Shown here: in pieces, positions 57,721 to 64,000 of the stretch
Numbering within the stretch: the first letter of the stretch is position 1
Layout of the letters: every line of letters starts with the position of its first letter
Source of the DNA: Eledone cirrhosa
Taxonomy: Eukaryota
Length of the DNA: 64,000 nt
Assembly (NCBI GenBank): GCA_964016885.1
Contig: OZ024756.1
Coordinates: 5,580,001-5,644,000 of the forward strand
Direction: 5' to 3'
Notes under the pieces: generated by a model
Databases searched by the model: none
What the model was told of the DNA's origin: nothing
The model's input: only the letters and a program-made list of their open reading frames with translations
Program-made: the position numbers and the translations under genes

Positions 57721-60010
57721 CGGGGTCCTCAATAGCACTACTACTAATCCTTACTCCGAAAAACTTCGCCCCTCTGGGACTTCCCCCCTGCCTATGGATT
57801 TTCAAAAGGGAGAAATGGATTGCAACCGTATAGGCGGAACATTTACAACGTGAATTTTTCCGATCTTAAATTGAATGTATTGTCCATAGACCTTAGTCCC
57901 TCCTCTAGATTTACTAAATAAATAACAAAACACATACATGGAAATTATATATTTAAATAATCATGAAGATTGACTTACTCCCTAGTTTTCAAATGTGGGA
58001 AAATTCTTGAATTACCAAATACAATATCTATTGTACTGAGCCAACAAACGAACATTTGCATATTTGCCCGATCTGCTAGACATAGCTACTAGATCTCCCT
58101 CATATTAAACCTTACGTTTTTTAAAATAAATGGATGCATTGAAAAACATATTACTAAATATTCAATAATGAGGAAAAGTATGGAATAGTCACGAGTAGAA
58201 GAGGTTTGGTAAAAGGTTGACTCAGTGAAGGCTGATCTAGCTCTAAATAATAGCAACATATCTCTATTATTAAGCTGTTTCTTCTACATTCATTAATGTA
58301 TGCATATTTCGTCGTCGTTTAGAATTCAGTTAGATTTCCCTTTTCATTTTGTTAGATTTTCTATGCTTCGGTGTGATTAATCATAAAAAGATTATCAAAC
58401 AAACGAACAAACAAAAGTAAATGTAATCTTTTTTGTGTTTGTTTGTAAAAGATGAATTTAAAATATTCGAAGTCAGCTAAAGAGTGTTTGTATGAAAGGA
58501 AAATGCAGCCCTAACTGTGTTTGGGGTGCAGGCAAATTTATTGATAAAGTCAATTAGAAAAGCGAAGAGAAAACAAAGAGATATTGAGGAGGAAGGAACA
58601 ATGTACAAAAAGGAGGATAATATATTGAGAAAAAAAAATGTTTTATTTTTACATCAACAGTAAACGAATAAAATAAATATGCATTAATGAAGAAATGAAA
58701 AATGTCTGATTAAATACCAATGAAAAGATTCAAGACTATTTTTAATAATAAAAAGAAACAAAGAAGTAAAAAAGAGAATGATGAGGTGAATTGGTGATAA
58801 ATAGTTCAGAAGATGAATGGTGGTTTTGTCGAACATGTCAAAACATTATTAGACTCGCTTCTTTGAATTTTGTTCGTAATGATTCGGAAGAAATCGGAGT
58901 TTAAGTGAAAGAGGTTATCGTCTGCTTGTCAATGAGAAAAATAGAAGACGTGAAGATCGCTTGAAAGATACAAATTACTGGAATTATTTCATTGAGGACA
59001 ATAACTACGAGGTTGTCAATTTTTAAAATTTTTTCGTTTTATTATGAATAATGATTTTTTCATAAAAATGGTTGTTGTTTTTTCTTTCCTTGAGCATATT
59101 ATCTGTGCGTCACCATATGAATATGTGTTCTATGAAACTCTGAATGTATGTGTGATGATTATATGAATGTATATTGTAAGAATACATGAATGTATTGTAA
59201 AGTGATGGAGTTTCTATAGAAATAGATATGTGAATGCGTGTAACAAAGTGGAGGTATATGTGTATAGGGTATGTACATGCGTAATACTGTTATGAATTAT
59301 GAATAGCAAAAGGGAAAAAAATACATGAAGTTGAATGTATGCATGTTTCTGGTGAATGTGTGGGTGGAGTAATTATTTGAGGAGGGATATAGCTGTTTCG
59401 CAAGAAGCCCAGAAATATTTAAATTGTTGATAATATTGTTGCTATTGAAATATTAATGTAGAATAGTCATAAATAATAAATGTAAGGACATTAAAATGAC
59501 TCGGCTACATTCTTTAACAACGAACAATTATTGTTCAGTATTTAAGTAATAAATTTGCTTACAATTTCTTTATACATTTCAAACTCTATTCATATTCAAT
59601 TCATTGTATATATTGCATTATAAGTAACTTTTTAAATATCTGTGTTGCTATATTTTGAGGTCTCTGTAACTATTCATCAAGTAAGATTTTCAGTATATCT
59701 CTGCGAACAACAGGTGTCGAATAAGCAATTCAGAATTGAAATATTAATATAATTATGTCATTATTTATGTATTTTCGACTATTGTTGTAATAATATTTTT
59801 TCTATCTTGTGTTACATTGACATATCCTTGCTTGTTAACATCACGTGAAACTGAATCAACGCCATATAACACCCCAAAACTAATCTCTATGAATTTCCTC
59901 ACTGAGTCTAAAGATGGATTCAACATATTCCTTACAGGGGATACACTAATGTGTTTGAAATTAGTCAAATAGAAATACTGTATACATAAATGTCTGTATA
60001 AAATTGTGTT

Positions 60011-60200
60011 ATACGAGGTTCGGCTGAAACATGCATAGGCTGAAAATGAAGGATTGATGCCAGAGCTGTGAAATCTTGCGTGCATTAATTATATGTTATT
60101 AATATAAACTCTTGTTATTAATAACTGCACCGTTTCATTCTAGGAACTATGTTGAAAAATAAACCCCATTTGGTCATTCCATGAGAGAATCTGCTCAGCC
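60011..60200. mobile_element. Mariner-like MITE (copy 1)
   Basis: TA|CGAGGTTCGGCTGAAA end; body shared with 60757-60988. Confidence 0.55.
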
Positions 60201-60201
60201 A

Positions 60202-60235
<34 letters not shown>

Positions 60236-60240
<5 letters not shown>

Positions 60241-60491
60241 TTACAATAATCAAAGTTCAGTTTAAATCATTTATTTGCTTACAATTGTTTCCTCCAAACC
60301 GAGGCTTGGATTCTTCGGATCAATTCTTGTGGATCAATATGTGCATATGTTTTATATGTCTCTTGGGTTGAAAAGGAGGTCAAGTATGTTATAGATCACT
60401 AAATAGTTGCTCCGAAGAATCCAAACCTCGGTTTGGAGGAAATTGTAAGCAAATAAATGATTTAAACTGAACTTTGATTATTGTAATCTCT
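60236..60491. ncRNA. Inverted pair of variant HHRs with CCGAAGA core (60275-60323 minus; 60407-60452 plus)
   Basis: TTGCT-CCGAAGA-ATCCAAACC tc GGTTTGGAG-GAAA-(CAA)TTG-TA^-AGCAA. Confidence 0.62.
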
Positions 60492-60675
60492 ATATAACTG
60501 CTCTGTAAAACAACCGATGTTATTACATTGAGCTATTTATCTTACTGGTAATAAGATAGTAATTAATGACTATCTTTCACTATTTAAGGTTTGTATAAAA
60601 AATATATTACCATAAAAGGTTTTATTACATATATATACATATGAGACGGCGCTCGGTGTGCTGATTTATAAATAT

Positions 60676-60737
<62 letters not shown>

Positions 60738-60756
60738 GGGTGGGTGTGTATCCCTC

Positions 60757-60988
60757 CGATAGGCGGCTGAAAAGTTCATAAGCTGATTATGATGGATTGA
60801 TGCTAGGGCTGTGAAATCTTGCGTGCATTAATTTCAACTTGGTTAATTGCTGGCCTTGTGCCTAAAGTAGAAACAATTATTAATAATTATATTGTTTCTT
60901 TCCATGGTCTAGGTTGAAATATAAACCTCTAGTAGTCGTTCCATGAGACTATCTTGCTCAGCCTGTTCTTTACAGCTGAGCCTCGTAT
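60757..60988. mobile_element. Mariner-like MITE (copy 2) interrupted by a SINE 3' fragment (~60840-60885)
   Basis: GGCTGAAAAGTT ... CAGCTGAGCCTCG|TA. Confidence 0.55.
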
Positions 60989-61036
60989 ATACCGTATATA
61001 CATTCACACACATACTCACTAACATACATACATACA

Positions 61037-61069
<33 letters not shown>

Positions 61070-61070
<1 letters not shown>

Positions 61071-61282
61071 ATGTGAGCAAAACCACAGACCCTCCATCTC
61101 AACTCTACCTTTGAAAAGCAGAAGAACTGCGAAACCGGTAAAGGAACCAAATAAATAAATATATATATTTTAAAAAAAAATAAGACTCCAGTTGCATTTT
61201 CGATTTCATCTCTTTTTTTCTTTATACTTTCACTCGTGTAGGACACCTCGGTTATTTTTCATTTTGTAAAAAAACCCTCACC

Positions 61283-61290
<8 letters not shown>
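61070..61290 (+). mobile_element. Dispersed repeat with U3-A8 HHR (61108-61144, stem I one base short)
   Basis: CCT-TTGAAAA-GCAG aagaa CTGC-GAAA-CCGG-TA^-AAGG. Confidence 0.72.
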
Positions 61291-61335
<45 letters not shown>

Positions 61336-61385
61336 ACAAAAAACCGCAGACGGCTCGATATATATATGTATATATATATATATAT

Positions 61386-61566
61386 AATTGTTTCTACTTT
61401 AGGCACAAGGCCAGCAATTACCCAGTGCCTTACTGATACTTTATTTTATCGACCCCGTAAGGATGAAAGGCAAAGTCAACCTCGGCAGGATTTGAACTCA
61501 GACCGTAAAGGGACGTAACTATGCTGGAAAGCATGGCGTCCAACCCTCTACCGATACTGCCAATCC
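61386..61566 (-). mobile_element. tRNA-derived SINE (family of 51785-52000)
   Basis: Reverse complement of A box, GTTCAAATCC and GCCTTTCATCCTTACGGGGTCGATAAAAT. Confidence 0.85.
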
Positions 61567-61717
61567 TTACCACATTTCCTTCATTATATATATATATATA
61601 ATGAAGGAAATGTGGTAAGGAACCAGGTGGACCTTAACGCACCAAAGTACTCAATACTTAGGGTAGTAGAGTGGGTAATAGGAACGAGTAGAAGCTCAGC
61701 CGTCGGGGTCCTACTCG

Positions 61718-61765
<48 letters not shown>

Positions 61766-61886
61766 TGTAGAGCAGATATTTATTTTAAGAACAGATTAAA
61801 GTTTCAGAAGATCCCGTTAAGAGTGAAAGCAGTGATTCTTTGCTTAAACTTTAATCTGTTTATATAATACCCCCCCCCCCCCCAAA

Positions 61887-61939
<53 letters not shown>

Positions 61940-62530
61940 AGCAAAGCAGGAGAGTTTGTAGACAGTGTTGGATATGTAATAATTTGAACGTAGTAAGCTA
62001 TTTTGAAGGTAAAACTGCAATCCATCAAGCAAATAGGTAGATAGGCTATGGATAGTAAGTAAATGATTGATAATATGTGAAGAATATGAAGCTATATGTT
62101 CTATAAGGCCTTAGGCTACATTTGTTTCTAGTTTTATTCATATCTACATCTATTGTTACTTTATGTTTAAAATTTCTGTTTCTTATGAGCTTCCTCCATC
62201 TCATTTACCTCGTCGCTGACTGTCAATCTAAATGATATAGCAGATGATGATGAAGAGTTAGCCTAAAGGAATACAATGTGGGTGAGTTAGTGCTTTGAGC
62301 CAGGAGCAATTTGGGATGATTGCACCTTCTCCTACGTGATAAACAACAACAAAACAGAACAAAAATCTCACGTGAGTGGTGAAGGAGAAGAACGTCGAAG
62401 AGGAGAAAAGAGAAGAGATAATATCTCGTATGTCTTAAGAAAGATTTCTTACTGTAAATGCATTGGAAATCGATACAATATGAGATATAGTATAATATAT
62501 TGTATGGAACTATCTTCTCTCTCTATGTTT

Positions 62531-62567
<37 letters not shown>

Positions 62568-62995
62568 TCTTTTAAAATATTGCTATAAATAGAGAGGCAA
62601 AGACAGAGATCGAGAGAGGGAGAGAGAAACACATAAAGAGTGAAAAGGTGATATTTATATTGATACTTATGTGTGAATGTGTGTGGTTGTTTATCTATCT
62701 TTATATATATATATGTGTGTGTGTGTGAGTGAGTGTGTTTATGTGTCTATGTGTCTGAAGAGAAATGCCAGTCACATGCTAGTGCAGATTAGAACGTAAT
62801 AATTGAAGAATCGATCAATTGGTTCTATTTTTCAATCAAAAGATAAGTAGCTCTGCTAAAAGATTTTGTCATCCCTCGCAGACATTATCGATATCAGAAG
62901 TAGATTGTTCCTTACTTAGACATTCTCAGAGGAAATAGTCATCTTTCCACACTATATACTGTTTCTCTGCGAAACACATGTCCATTCTTTCAATG

Positions 62996-63092
<97 letters not shown>
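62996..63092. repeat. (CTAT)n microsatellite
   Basis: Directly visible. Confidence 0.97.
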
Positions 63093-63619
63093 ACTTTTAA
63101 TCTCGGAGTTGTTAGCCCTTCAGCCACTGCTATAATTTCACAGCTACAATGATATATCTTTTTATAGTTTCTTTCGTCTCTCCCTCACCCCTCTCTCTTC
63201 CCCCTCCCTTCTCCTCTCTCCATCCATTTCTCTCTCGGTTGATGTATTATTCCCCTTCCATATTATGTGTTTGTTGTTAATTTCTTTTGTTTGTGGCCCT
63301 AACAATGTATGAAATGACTGTAGACTAGGCAGTACAGGAAGTACATACAAACACTGATAATGGAAAACCCTATGTAACTTAAAGTATTTTTAAGACTTAC
63401 AGCTATTGTATCATGCACTAAAACATTTATATATGTTCTTAGAAGATGTATGAAACTGATACAGAATTAACTGCAGACAGAGTCACCTGCTATAAATATT
63501 AGCATAGAAAATTGACTAAAGTAGTCACATTGATGTAAGGATAGTGGCCAGTAGATGCTACTGAGATTTAAAATATATCTATCACATTTGCAATGTTCTT
63601 TACTTATATAGACAATGTA

Positions 63620-63937
63620 CCACCGGCATCCGTGGCTCCGGTTGTTCGCAGAATTTTCTCTTTGAACCTAACTAATTCGTGGAAACCACCGCATATTCGC
63701 GGAATCATTAAATATTTTCCGCGATTCTTTAATGGCTTTTTTCGTAATAATATATATCTTTTCACGCTTTTTAGCACTAAATTAATAATAAGAATATACC
63801 ATATTTGCCAGCCTATATTTTACGTTATGTTTTGACGTTTATAGGTATTTTTATCGACCACATCCAATATTCGCGGTTGGTTGCTAAGTATTCGCGGATA
63901 CTCTAGGAACGTAAGCCTCGCGAATACCGGGTTATAA

Positions 63938-63940
<3 letters not shown>
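63620..63940. mobile_element. Tigger/pogo-like MITE (second copy)
   Basis: Colinear similarity to 55797-56102; ends CGCGAATACCGGGTTATAACTG|TA. Confidence 0.72.
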
Positions 63941-63970
<30 letters not shown>

Positions 63971-64000
63971 TTTAGCGAGAATCGCATTTCGGCGGGTAGA

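Overview
Repeat-saturated eukaryotic (animal) DNA with no confidently identifiable host gene. The huge (TA)n/(CA)n tracts, tRNA-derived SINEs and Penelope-like elements (PLEs) suggest a cephalopod/mollusc; this is inference only. The window contains 3' fragments of Tx1-, CR1- and RTE-clade LINEs, five PLE GIY-YIG/RT fragments, SINEs, Tigger-, mariner- and Helitron-like non-autonomous elements, and three minisatellites. Two signals not shown by the ORF track stand out. (1) About 25 type I hammerhead ribozyme (HHR) motifs, intact or degenerate, from roughly ten sequence families. They include a retrozyme-like ~495-bp tandem array with one minimal HHR per unit, a U3-A8 compensatory core variant, an HHR with a 116-nt stem II, and sense/antisense HHR fold-backs. 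(2) A 10.7-kb, 84-bp-unit satellite with higher-order structure that lies entirely between hAT/Charlie-like terminal inverted repeats. Most ORFs in the track are artefacts of simple repeats. All folds and coordinates were read by eye, not computed.
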